Assembly: GCF_002571385.2 (NCBI RefSeq)
Contig: NW_019218057.1
Span: forward strand, 354,995 to 418,994
Source of the DNA: Stylophora pistillata
Taxonomy: Eukaryota
Direction of reading: 5' to 3'
DNA: 64,000 bases
How positions within the stretch are numbered: the first letter of the stretch is position 1; each line of letters opens with the position of its first letter. The translations under genes were made by a program, and so were the position numbers. Positions 26,897-38,700 of this stretch are shown here, piece after piece. A model generated the notes under the pieces. That model ran no database searches and had not been told where the DNA came from. It saw only the letters and a list, made by a program, of their open reading frames with translations.

Positions 26897-28006
26897 TTAA
26901 AGTTCATCACGAACCATAGCCAGCGTGAGTTTATCAGTGATGTCAACAAAACCACCAATGCATTCACTCATTTTCATCTTCAGCTTTTGGCCTTTCTTAG
27001 CGTCAGCCATGTGAAGTACACAAATGGTAAGGTCTTTGTAGACTCGGAAATAAAGCGATTTTGATTTCAAGTCTTTGACGACAGACCACACTGTATAATC
27101 AGAGGACGTTCCTCGGGGTATATCGACTGTATTCAAGATGTGGAAAGCCTTGATAACTGCTTCTTTACCTGTCTTGACTGGATCAGAAAAATGCGCCATA
27201 ATAGCCGCGCGTACAAATCTCGATGGCGGTGTGAAGTCACCGGGTATTCCCAGAAGTCCACTTCCTTGACCAGTAGGTTTGAACGTCACTTTGCCCAACT
27301 CCAGGGCATCATGGGCCGATTTGGAAAGTTCAACATAATTGCGAATGTTTATTAGATGGAAATCATATGGCGGGGAATTGGTTACGACGCCAAGAGTGTT
27401 GTTGAACACCATTCTCCCCTGTTCAGTAAACTCAATAACGATAGCATCTCCGGAAGCGTCCACGATCGAGTAGTGTAGTTGAAAGATTCCCTTTAACCAC
27501 TCTGGGACATTGGCTTCCCATACGAGAGGGAAAGAATCCTTCTCCAAAGCATCCCTTAATTCCTGGACTGTCCCAAAGTTTCCAAGAATCCACAACGGAA
27601 ACTGCAAAGAAGACACCGCCATGTGGCATTTTTCAACTGGAATTTTCTGGAATTGGGCGAAGCCAACGAAGAGGTTTGCAGCAAGAGAAAGACCAACTTC
27701 ATTTAAACCATCGGTAGCTATGGGCATGTCTAAATCATTCAAAACGTCTAAAACGTCGACGTATGCGATGATATATTTATTCTGCCAATGCAAAGACGAA
27801 TGAAGGAAGCATTCTTTGCTAGGAACCGATGTATGAGAATACTCCCTGGGTTCTACAACGAGGTAATAACCCAAAGCACCGATGAACTCCATACTCCGAC
27901 CGACGACCACTGAGTCATCTTCGGAAGACAAGCTGAATTCAGTGCATGCGTTTGAAACGAAAAACTTGCACTGTATCACGAAGACCATGAAAAGAACCTT
28001 CATCAT
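26897..28006 (-). CDS. Ntn hydrolase, choloylglycine hydrolase/penicillin V acylase family (bacterial type), 369 aa, signal peptide and C-terminal RDEL
   Basis: MMKVLFMVFVIQCKFFVSNA|CTEF (Cys1 at 27946); motifs GRSMEF, DGLNEVGLS, HYSIVDASG, VTNSPPYDFH, GIPGDFTPPSRFVRA, AFHILNTVDIP; no introns in the CDS. Confidence 0.92.
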   Translation of the reverse strand: MMKVLFMVFVIQCKFFVSNACTEFSLSSEDDSVVVGRSMEFIGALGYYLVVEPREYSHTSVPSKECFLHSSLHWQNKYIIAYVDVLDVLNDLDMPIATDGLNEVGLSLAANLFVGFAQFQKIPVEKCHMAVSSLQFPLWILGNFGTVQELRDALEKDSFPLVWEANVPEWLKGIFQLHYSIVDASGDAIVIEFTEQGRMVFNNTLGVVTNSPPYDFHLINIRNYVELSKSAHDALELGKVTFKPTGQGSGLLGIPGDFTPPSRFVRAAIMAHFSDPVKTGKEAVIKAFHILNTVDIPRGTSSDYTVWSVVKDLKSKSLYFRVYKDLTICVLHMADAKKGQKLKMKMSECIGGFVDITDKLTLAMVRDEL

Positions 28007-28023
28007 CAAGAGGAGATCTAAAC

Positions 28024-28269
28024 CTACAATTAAACAAAATTTAATATCAAGTTTACATAAATATTTATAGCATGTAGCATGTAGCATGTTTTTGTTGCCG
28101 TTTGAAGATCGAACGAATTAAGAAGATTAAGTTGATACGTACCTCGTTTCCTTCCTTTCGAAGACTGTTTAAAAAGAAATTTAAGTATTCTGCGGGTAAA
28201 ATGATGTGAAGTAACTAGAAACTTTTTCATAAACAGGAACTTATAAGGCTGATTTATTGGATGACGTCA
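28024..28269 (-). promoter_or_regulatory. Putative Pol II promoter (CRE, CCAAT, TATAA) and 5'-UTR intron of the Ntn hydrolase
   Basis: TGACGTCA 28262-28269; CCAAT 28256-28260; TATAA 28241-28245; donor GAG|GTACGT at 28142 and acceptor TTGTAG| at 28024. Confidence 0.5.
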
Positions 28270-29714
28270 GATCCAAGTGACCGTGAAGGTATGAAGTGCA
28301 ACGAAGTTTAAGGTTTAAGGTTCATTTATTTCACACTATTTACTAAAAATTAACATAGAATAAAGTACAGATTATAAAAATGAGTGTGAAGGTCAAAGTA
28401 GCGAAGGCTTTCTAGTTGGCCACCACCTACTTATAGATAAACAAGGAAATGGCACTGAGCTTTATTAACGTTTGTGGGTAACAGCCCTGGGGCTTAGGCA
28501 CAATGAATTATCGTGTGGAAAATTATTCTGATCGTCTTTTGTGGTGCGGCGTTATCTCTCAAATTTGTGGTGCTTCGAAATTTCCAAAACTAAGTACACA
28601 AGGCTTTGGTTTGAATCTCTCACCTTCCTTGCGCCACGGGGAGAGACCTGACTTTTGGTAGCCTTGACACTCTTTCTTAAATATTCCCGAAGTCAGTTCA
28701 ATGAAACTGGTCTCACGTCCCTCTATGACTAAGGTTTTAACCTCATTCGAAAGCTGCGGATCTTAAAAGATGATCGAGTCATCGATCGGAACCGGGAATA
28801 ATCCTTCAGGTTAATCCGTACCTGTTAATTTGCTCAGTTTCTCTGGCTTGGCGTCAACATTTTATATCTATTTCAGTCAGTGTTATTTGTATTATTCAGT
28901 ACAACAGCTATCAAAACTAATGTAGTTTCTAATTGAACAACTTGTTTTCATCGTTGTATGCTTGTGAAGCCAAAACTGGGGAGAATGAGAGTATCCGCTG
29001 GCCATCTGGACAAGTAAAAGAGAATTTCCAGAATCGTTGCACTTATTGTTATCTAGCATACAAATTCTAAGTTAGATTTAAAAGAGTGGTTTCCAGCCTC
29101 ACAATTTCGTTTTGTAAAGCAAGGCGATGACTCTTTAAGGAACAATAGATAAAATGTCACCGACACCGGAAATTAATTCGTTTTACAAATTTGAATTGCG
29201 TCAACGAAATCTCTAGAACTTCCTGCTTTTGGTCTCAGCCCACTCAAACTTATACCATTCTCTGTGCCTTTTCATAGTCGCAGAATTTACTTACTCCGTA
29301 TCATTTTATCAACTAATCAATGCATCTGATTTCCGCTATACTTGTCCCTTCTAAACTACATTCAACCAAACTGAGCATCCAACAGTAAAATGGCATTTAT
29401 CATTGTGATAAACCAAGTCATTCCTGTTTGGTTTGAACTCTAAACTCATGTAAATACTTTCTCTATTCCCATGAATTTGTATATACAGCTGATAAATGTC
29501 ACAATTTTTGATAGTATTTGATAATATACCGCTGTAAGCCAGTGGATGTGACACCATTATGCAGCGCACATCAATCCGCGCGCCAAATATCAGGAATAAC
29601 GTTTCCTAAATTGTTTATTCTTATTTTTTGTTTTATCTTTCATAACGTCGAAGGATAGCAGGTGCAGTGTGAAAATTCAAGCCTCTGTTTTTAGGCCTCC
29701 ATTTAAACCAAGCA

Positions 29715-30704
29715 ATGGATAACTCGAGTTACTATGTTCTTGAGGGTCAGCCGAATTGCTCCCCTATCGCCTCTACTTTGATCACAACAACTATTTCTGT
29801 TGTTAGCATGTTTGCGTTTGTCGGCAATATTTTGGTGACTGCAGTTTTTCTGATAAACAAAACCCTCAGGACAAGTACAAATTATTTCATCGTTAACATG
29901 GCCGTCGGGGATCTATTGTCCACTGCATGTGTTCACATGGCCCGCCGCTGTACGCCACTGAGGGGATGCAGTCCGATAGACATTTCATCGATGATCCAGT
30001 GGCTACAGCTGTTTGTAAAATAAGTCTGTATTTCAGAGGCGTGTCACAGGTTATTTCAGTTTTCGGCCTGGTCGGTATAGTCGTGAGAGGTTCATTGCCG
30101 TAGTTCATCCACTCAAGGCTAAAGCTCTGATGGAAAGGACTCTACCTCGAGCTGTTTTATTGCCACTGACCTGGATCATCCCTTCAGCACTTGCTGTGCC
30201 ATACCTCAGATTCTTAAAGATCGTTACAGTTGATGAGAATCAACCACTTTGCTCGTTTTCGTGGGGAGCAAAGAACCGCTATGTAGTCTTTGCGATTGGA
30301 TTGTCATGTTCTACTGTACTCCCTTGATTTTGATCATCCTTCTTTATACCAAAATCATAAAACGTTTGAAGCAATCAAGACGCGTCACTGATGAACAAGA
30401 CCAAGCGCTGAAAAAGATAAGAAGAAGGCATCGCAAACAAAACCAAATGTTATGAAGGTCTTCGGATCAATTGTCGCGGTCTTTTCCGTCGGCTGGACTT
30501 CAATATCTGTGTATCTAATATCACTTGAAGTGCTTCACCCATCACAAGACACTGAGAGACTCTTGTTTGCTCGTTTTGGCTTTATTATTTTACATACCGC
30601 CATCTTTACCAGCAGCAATTAACCCCGTCATTCTTTTCGTGTCGAGCACCAATTTCCTTAATGCTCTGAAAGTTATGTTCAATCGTTTTTCGCGCCCAAA
30701 GTAG
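29715..30704 (+). pseudogene. Degraded GPCR paralog with several frameshifts
   Basis: Fragments VGN..LRTSTNYFIVNMAVGDL, VCKISLYFRGVSQV, LTWIIP, FYCTPL and AINPVILF lie in shifting frames. Confidence 0.88.
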
Positions 30705-33700
30705 TGGACAAGAGGCTCTCACTGAGCCAGATTTAATGATGAACACAGAGTGATGATTTTACTTTCGATATCAAATAACATTTGACCAAAAGCTTCTAAA
30801 TTCAACAAAATTAAATGGAAAAATTTCCTTGGCTGCAAGAAGGAGCGTGACTTTTCTTTGCATACTGATGATAAAGGCGGATTGAAACAGTTCCGACAAT
30901 ATCCGCGAATATTTCCAACCCTGTCAAAGCATTTCATTCATTCGAATAATAATCATTATTAGAACCTGCGGTTTTAGTTACTATTTGAACACATACAGAC
31001 ATTGAAAATAAACTTAAAATAAAGTCTTTGATGTGAAAATGTAAAACTTGAGAAGTAAAAGAAAACCGTCGTGGGTAAGCTTGACTTATTTGACGACACT
31101 TCACAAAAGGTTATCATGGTCGGGTCATTTAGTTCGTTGAAATGGTTGCAAGAGCGTAGTTTTTCATTTCTTTTATCTGATGGAAAAAGAATTCCGCTAC
31201 CCTTAAATATGACACAATATAAGCAGAAAATCATGTTTAAGCCTTTTAAACTCCACTATTTTTCGCACAAACAGTGAAAAGTGACAGTTTGTCATAACAA
31301 ATCTCGGTAAAATTAAAGCTATGGCAAGAGACCGCATCTAACAGTGGTACCGAATTCGAATAGCTTAAAACGATAAGTTCGATGTACGTAAATATGACTT
31401 ATTTACGGGGAATCGCATCACAATTGTCAACAAAAACGGGTCATGTAAGAAACTGAGTCACGTAGTTTTCGTACGTGCTGCCTTTTTGGCTGGAGAATTA
31501 CTTGAAAAATCTTTCTTTTTGTAAATTGGGCAAAGCTGGAATGTAATTCTTAATGCCTGGAATCAAGATACCAGTTCATATGCTGCTTTTTTGTCATAGT
31601 TATGAAAGCCTGTGAAGGATGCGCGTGCTGTGAAGAGGACATTTTATCCCGTCATCAACTACTGAGAAGCGGAAATTACTCAGTGGTTCCTTTCTTGTGT
31701 TCATATCTGTAAATTCAAATAAAATTTCAACCAAAGGACGATTTTATCTATATTTATCTATACAAGCCTTTTCTTTTCTCGCCAAAAAGTGTCCCTTTTT
31801 GCTGAGAAAATTAAAGGTATGTACATTCAATATATATTTTCAAATTTGCAACGTATTTGAAAATGGGTGTATTTATTTTTGTTTGAAATTTTGACTTTTG
31901 TTTAATCAAGAACAAAACTGCCCACCTGCCATGTTGATTGTCAGCTATATTTCTCGGCAGTAAAGACAAGTCGGGTAATACAATTTTCTGGTTGTCACGT
32001 TCGAACCATATGAATTAAAAATTACTCAACGAGCTTGTAATTTCAAACGCTTGATACTGAGTTGACGAAGGCGAAGTTCGAATAAATCGAGAACGAATAA
32101 CGACTTCTACTAGTCGTTTAAAACCTGATATGACAATCTCATGTTTTTATTTACTTTGTTAACAACCGCCCAGTGTTAGATTATTCACTTTATTCAAACA
32201 TCTATCACGAAATAGATGGTAAAGAGCGTTTCCAAACAGATTGCAGCTTTTGTGATAGAAAGCCGGCGCAGTAGAGCACCAATGTTATGCACAGGGATAC
32301 AATATGCAATGTTCACAAATACTCTCGTCCATTAATATCAATTCTATGCATACCCCGTACTTTTTCAAAAGTAGGGTTTAAAATTATACCTTTTACAAAA
32401 GTTTAGTTTTGTGACTTTAATATTTGGGGCACTCGTTTTCAAGTGATTTATTGTGAAGCAGCGTTCTTGGAGCGGAGACTGAAGTTTTCAATAGTGCGTG
32501 GAGATATACGTGGAGCGTAAGTCCAGATAGATCACTGCGAAAAAATACTTAACAGGTAACATACCGAAATGGTGCATCCATAGCAAAAGGTTAGGATGTT
32601 TGATGAGCATTTTTCTAAAACGCATCTTACAAGAAAACGAACATCGGCCCTATTTGAAGTACGAGCGTATTTTGAACATCCTGTCAGTTCTGAACTTCAA
32701 ACATGGTTGGCAGGCACAAACAGTGCTAAATGAAAAGTCAGGCATATTATATGACTAGCACGTTTCATTTCATTTAGAGCGTGAAGTTTATTCAACAGAG
32801 GTCCACGTTCAGATGTTGTCAATTTGGTTTATAAATGCTCCTTTTGATGGTAAGTGAATAGAAACTTTGCCAGCTTTCAAAGAGAAACATAAAGTTGTTT
32901 CTTTTTCTTTTAAGGACTTGCCTTTTTGTTACGTATTTTTACCAAATTTTGGTCGAAAGGTCTCAAACAACTGTTATTTGAGAAATTTGGGCAAACGTGG
33001 ATATCAACAAAACACCCTATTATTGTCAGTACTCATGTGAAGTTGGGTTACACGTCCAGGTGACGTATTTTTTGTCATGGCAAAAGCAAATTTGTCATTT
33101 GCAATGGCAAATTGCGTCAGCTCCGAAGTCATGAGAATGACCACAATTGCTTTACTCTTGCAAACTTTGTAAGTCAATTTGACATATTTGCTAAGAGTGA
33201 GAACAAGTTTGACTGCCTTGTCAAAGATATGCTTTGAATACGCTGGCTCGGCCTCGACTGAAGAATTTACGCCAAGGTCGTTGTTTGATGCGTCATGGTA
33301 ACAATTTCTTCAACTCCACTGGGTCTTCTGGCTCTCTCAGAATAATCATCTTTCTCTTGATAACGGCGCCATTTGACACTGATACGTCGAGTTTTTAATT
33401 TAAGTTATGTATTTAATGAGTCCCAATGGTTACAAACTTAGAATTACATGATTTTGTTGGACCTATTGTAAAAATGGAGTTGTGTAACTTCGTCAGTAAC
33501 CTCGAATCACTGTCATATTAACTCTTATTCGATACGCGAACAACTCGTTGTATCGCATCCACTAGAACAAGAAAACTGAATTTCTTATGAGTAAAGTACG
33601 GATAGGCGATAAAACCGACCTAATTTATTCATCAACCGTGGGTGAGTATGAGCAGCAAAGACTCGCGGGGCTGATGGTAATCAGAGAACATAATCAGAAC

Positions 33701-33754
33701 TCAGTAATATTCGGTCATGTTGGACAGTAGCGTGCGAGCAGGCCCGTATCATTA

Positions 33755-34119
33755 GGGACCTTAAGAAACCACGACGGCGACGCCAAGGAAGACTTCGATT
33801 AAAAAATGAATTTCTACTCTTAGTTAGAATTTCAAAAATGGTTGCAGGAGCTTACTGTCTCATTTAGCGCCACAGCTCAACTTCAGCATGATGTATAAAG
33901 TAGCCGTTGAGTTCCAAGTGGAAATTAAAATAATTTGCCGTCGCGGTTTCGGTTCGCAGACGACGCAGATTTTGGCGATTTCACGTTATCGTTTTGCATA
34001 GGACGGCTAAGAAATGTACAAAGTTTCAAAACGCACGTGCTGAGCTATTGTTCTACCAATTAGATCTCTTGTTTTTCCACGTCCTCGTTCCAGTCGCCGT
34101 CGTGGTTTCTTAAGGTCCC
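33755..34119. mobile_element. MITE with perfect 27-bp TIRs and TA flanks
   Basis: GGGACCTTAAGAAACCACGACGGCGAC / GTCGCCGTCGTGGTTTCTTAAGGTCCC. Confidence 0.92.
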
Positions 34120-34201
34120 TATTAGCGCCGCAAGACGTGCTTTGCTCCGCCTGCGGAAGATGGGAAGAGGCTAGCCGGGGGGACCCAACTCTAATAATAA
34201 C

Positions 34202-34500
34202 TATTAGTATAATTTCAGAGCTGAGCAAAGAGTTTCCAGCAATCTGATTGGTCGAGCGGTTCCTTATATGACGCTATATAAACCGCTCCACGCGGCTTAT
34301 ATAAAATGTTAAAATAAAATGTTAATAAATGTTACTAAAATGTTATGATTTTAGAAATTTCTCTGTTGCTCAGTTCTGAAATTATACTAAAACAATTATT
34401 CGCCTCAGGTTCGGTGATTATTGTCGAATATTCCCCTCGACTTTGTCTCGGGGATTATTCGACAATATTCACCTCGCCTTCGGCGAATAATTGTTAATTA
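34202..34500. mobile_element. Non-autonomous Helentron/HINE-like element, copy 2
   Basis: Near-identical to 3046-3335; complete terminal hairpin AACAATTATTCGCC...GGCGAATAATTGTT. Confidence 0.72.
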
Positions 34501-34717
34501 GTGTTAAATCCATTGCAGGTCTCAAGGCTGATAATATGGGTATATCCGCAGGTTGTAGTTATAAAGGTAATCCATCGAACTTAAAGCTAGCTTAAGATTA
34601 TGTCTACCAGACTTTTAGAGCCAACTTCGTATTAGACTTCAGAGATCTTTACGACACTTAGAAAATGAGTTTGGGACCAGACGAGCTAAGGAGACGGCCA
34701 CTGTCATTTCACCATTT

Positions 34718-35037
34718 TCAGTTGTTGCTAACCGTGATCTCAACAGACTTCATATTCGTCTTTTCAAATACCCTTAGCACACATTGGTAGACTCCGCTGT
34801 CCTCCATTTGAGCGTTTGTTATCCTTAGGACAGCTTGCACCCGGTTGGTGGACTTGTCTTTCACTATACTGACCATTCTATCCTGGACTGACGCACCACC
34901 ATTACTGATATCTCCTTTCTTCCATTGCAGCTGAGTCACTGACACGCCTTCTGATTCACACGTGACATTTGTGCTTCCGCCTGTCGACACTTTGATTGGA
35001 TTGGCTGGTTCCAATTCAAAATAGTCAGGGAGTCGAG
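34718..35037 (-). CDS. Terminal exon, Ig domain type B
   Basis: NVTCES..LQWKK..DSGVYQC; ends at TGA with no donor at the position homologous to the other B exons. Confidence 0.85.
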
Positions 35038-35706
35038 CTGCAAATTAAACAAAGAGATTACTACACCTCAGCCTTTTAGAACTACCTCAACAACTTGAAT
35101 CTTATGAACATTGGTATGCGGTCCACATTTACTCGGGCGACTATAGAGGCCTGTTACTTCCAGAGCTTATTCAGATTTCTGCAGATGAAGTACCTCTAGT
35201 CCATTGCAGGGGACTACCTTGCACTGACGTATAATCCTAAATCTATCGAAATCCTGTATCTGAAAGAACCATCGTTTTGCTAATCCAAATTTCATTTGTA
35301 AATTTGTACCGCTAGATAACAACAAGTGCAACGATTCTAGAAATTCTCTTTACCTTGGCTGACGATTAAATAACCTCGTCCAGATGGCCAGCGAATAATC
35401 TCATTTTCCTCAGTTTTGGCCTCACAAGCATACAATCCCTGGTCCTTTTGACTTAAATTCAGAAGTGTAAACACTTGACCCTTTAACATAAGCTTCTTTG
35501 CGTCGATTTTTCTCTCCCTAAAAGGTGCCAGGGGATGGCGTCTGTAATAAAGAGATGCTGTAGCATTTCTGTCGTTAGTGGAACAGTTTATCATCAACCT
35601 CCGGCCCTGGTATCCGTGCAAAATCACATTTGGTTTGACGAGGAAAGTTAATGGTTCTGCAAAAAAGTTGACAACTAAACAAAAGTAGAATGAATAAAGG
35701 GTGAAC

Positions 35707-35740
<34 letters not shown>

Positions 35741-38700
35741 GGTAACAAGGTAATTGGTTATACAATGAATATATGAAGTTCATATATTTTGAACTGCGGT
35801 TCATCGTATTTGATTTATCATCACGGGTTTATTACGAAACAACTTAATGGCCTGCTCCCAGTCGGCTTGTTAGCTCAATTGGTAGAGCGCTGCACTAGTA
35901 TCGCAGAGGTCAGTGGTTCGAATCCCGTACAGGCCTGATTTTTTTCGGGTCTGATTTTCGCTATTGCATAAATTGCGCTATCTACTGCGAAGGATCGTGC
36001 ATCATACGTGTAATTGGCTACATCAACTAAGTTGAAACTGTAAATTTGCCACCGTAACGAGTTAAAAAGCTGACGTTTCGAGCGTTAGTCCTTCTTCGCT
36101 CTGACGAAGGGCTAACGCTCGAAACGAAAACAAAAGTAGGTTTGCTGGTGGTCTACAACTGAAAAGCCTTTTGGACATAAGAAGTCTCGTAAGCTTTTCT
36201 TTCCTTGGGAACTTGAGGCCATGAGAAAAGATTCTTCATCGGCCTTCGAAATAATGAATGCAACATAGGAGGCGTATTTTGTAAAAAAAAATTATAGTTC
36301 AATTGAAAAAAAATCTGCAATGATGATAAAATGAACAAGGGAACCCTCGTAGGCCGTAGGATTTATTTAAAATACCTCTAACATGTAATGACGTCATCTT
36401 GTGGTCTGTCTTGTCAAACACCCTCAACACACATTTGTAAACACCAGCATCTTCTGGCTGAACATTTGAGATCTTAAGGATGGCTCTAACTTGATTTGTG
36501 GACCTGTCCTTATCAACAGTAACAAGGTTACTTGGGACAGAAACATCCTCTTTGTTGGTTTGTTTTACCCACTGTAGTTTGGTTTCTGACACACCCTCTG
36601 ATTCACAAGTAATAGTTACTTGTTGTCCTTGTCGTACAGTAACAGCTGTTTTAGGCCTTAAAACGAAGTGATTTGGTAATCCACCTGCAACAAAATAAGG
36701 GAAAAATACAAGATTCATATTTGACAGGAAAGTGCCCAGACTGTGCGTGTTTGTGCCGCTGGAGCTCAAAGTCACAGGTCTCCCACTGGAATATTTCATA
36801 ACCATGTGCTATTTACTATGACCAATTCTGAGTAACGAGTCAACAACATATTATCCGTTATGACCGCTTCTATATAAAATGGCCTTTTTTTTATTCAATT
36901 TCTCATAATTTTTCAAGTCACGGGAAAGTTGATGTTTTGTTTGGAGACAAATCAATTGGCTAAAATCCTGTGAATTACCTTACCTCGAATAGGAATCAAA
37001 TATCCTCTGCCATGTGGCCATCGAATGTTCCAACCACCCCGATTACTCGCCTGGCAGGAATATATTCCAGCATCTCTGCGTTCAACATTTAGAAGAGTAA
37101 AAACTTTTCCTTTCCTCAATAGTTTATTTTCTCTAAGATTCAGCTCATGGAAGGAAGCAAGCGGATGCTGTTTGTATAGAAGAGACACTGTTGCTTCCCG
37201 ATCATTTGTCGAACAGTTAATGACTACATTCTGGCTCAGATATCCTCGTATGATTACTGGTGACTGGTCGAGAAATTCTAACGGTTCTGTTGGGAAAACC
37301 AAGAATACGCACATGCACAACTTTGACGAATTACAGAAATTTTAGAGTCTCAATGAGATAGGGTGAGTAATATCATTGGCAGTCCAGACTTAAGGTGTAG
37401 CTATCTTGGGTTCTAATGCAATTATAGAACCCTTTTGTTGCCTTTTAAGGCTGCTCAGATATGAATTTTTATCTGATACACGTGTTTATTGTTTATCAGC
37501 AATCTTACAATAAGAATAGTTTCAGTTCTGGGCCCTTTGTTCCTTCTGCCCATCCTACTCTGAGAATGTTAGCTCATGAGACACCTAAACTTGCACAGAG
37601 ACTTAAACTGGTCCAAGTCTGTCTTCATCTAACATGTCCGCTAAGATGCACGTGCACATGTCTGCATCGCCAAACAAGCATTCCATCACGTGGGCTTACT
37701 TCTCACACTCCTTATTCAATCTACTCGTTTCTTTAATCTCGTAAACTATTGTAATCAGGTTTCCTTTAGTATCAAGAAAGGGAATTGAATTCACTTCACC
37801 TTCATTAATAATCAAATATCCTGTTCCCGGAGGCCACCGAATCTTGTCATTTGCTTCGTTTTTAGCCTCGCAGATGTAGAATCCAGCATCTCTTAAACCG
37901 ACGTTGAGAAGTTCGAACGCCTGTCCTTTCTTTAAAAGTTTTTTTTCTTCTGGCTTCAGTTCGGCAAAGGCCACAAAGGGATGGCGCCTGTAAAAAAGGG
38001 ACACTGTAGCATCTTGGTCATTGGTGGAACAATTTATCAGTATTTCTTTGCCCAGGTATCCTTTTAAAATATTCTGTGGTTTTTTAACAAAGGCCAAGGG
38101 TTCTGCCGAGAAAAACAAGTGCAGTAGATGAGGAAATGTCAAAATAATTCTTATGAAATTTGAATAACTTCCGAAAAATTAAGAATAATAAAATAGTACA
38201 AATTTCTTACCACTTCGAACAAGTTTGATGATATGAAAATCACTTCCCAGTTTATTAGACGCCAGACATCTGAAGCTCGCAGTTGGTTGATTACTTTGAA
38301 CTTTGACCACACTCTTTTTTATCGGTAAGTTTGGAGGAGACATAAGTAGACTTTCAGGTACGGGCATCCATTGACTTTCAACTGGCTCACAAGCGCTTGT
38401 GTTCAAAGTGAAACAATCCATGTTTTGATATTCCCACTTGAATGTTGGCAGAGGATTCCCTTTGTTCACCACACAAGACACTTTCGACCCCTTGCCGTTA
38501 CCACTGAGCACCTTGTATGGTTTTTGTATTAATCTGGGCGGAGCTATAAAGGATAATTAACACGTGGTGTTTTAGTTTTACAGAATATAAAAATTAATGA
38601 TTTGGGTAAAGGGGTAAAGAAAGGCGACTTTGCTGGAGAATTGCATTTGCAGTAACATTGCCAAACCAGAAAAAGTGAGCAATGAACAAGACAAGGCCCC

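Noticed and set aside
26897-28087. Bacterial contamination; ORF start at 28087
   Set aside because: Flanks are host repeats and GPCRs, with eukaryote-type signals; the upstream ATG lies in a probable intron, while ATG 28006 gives a proper signal peptide
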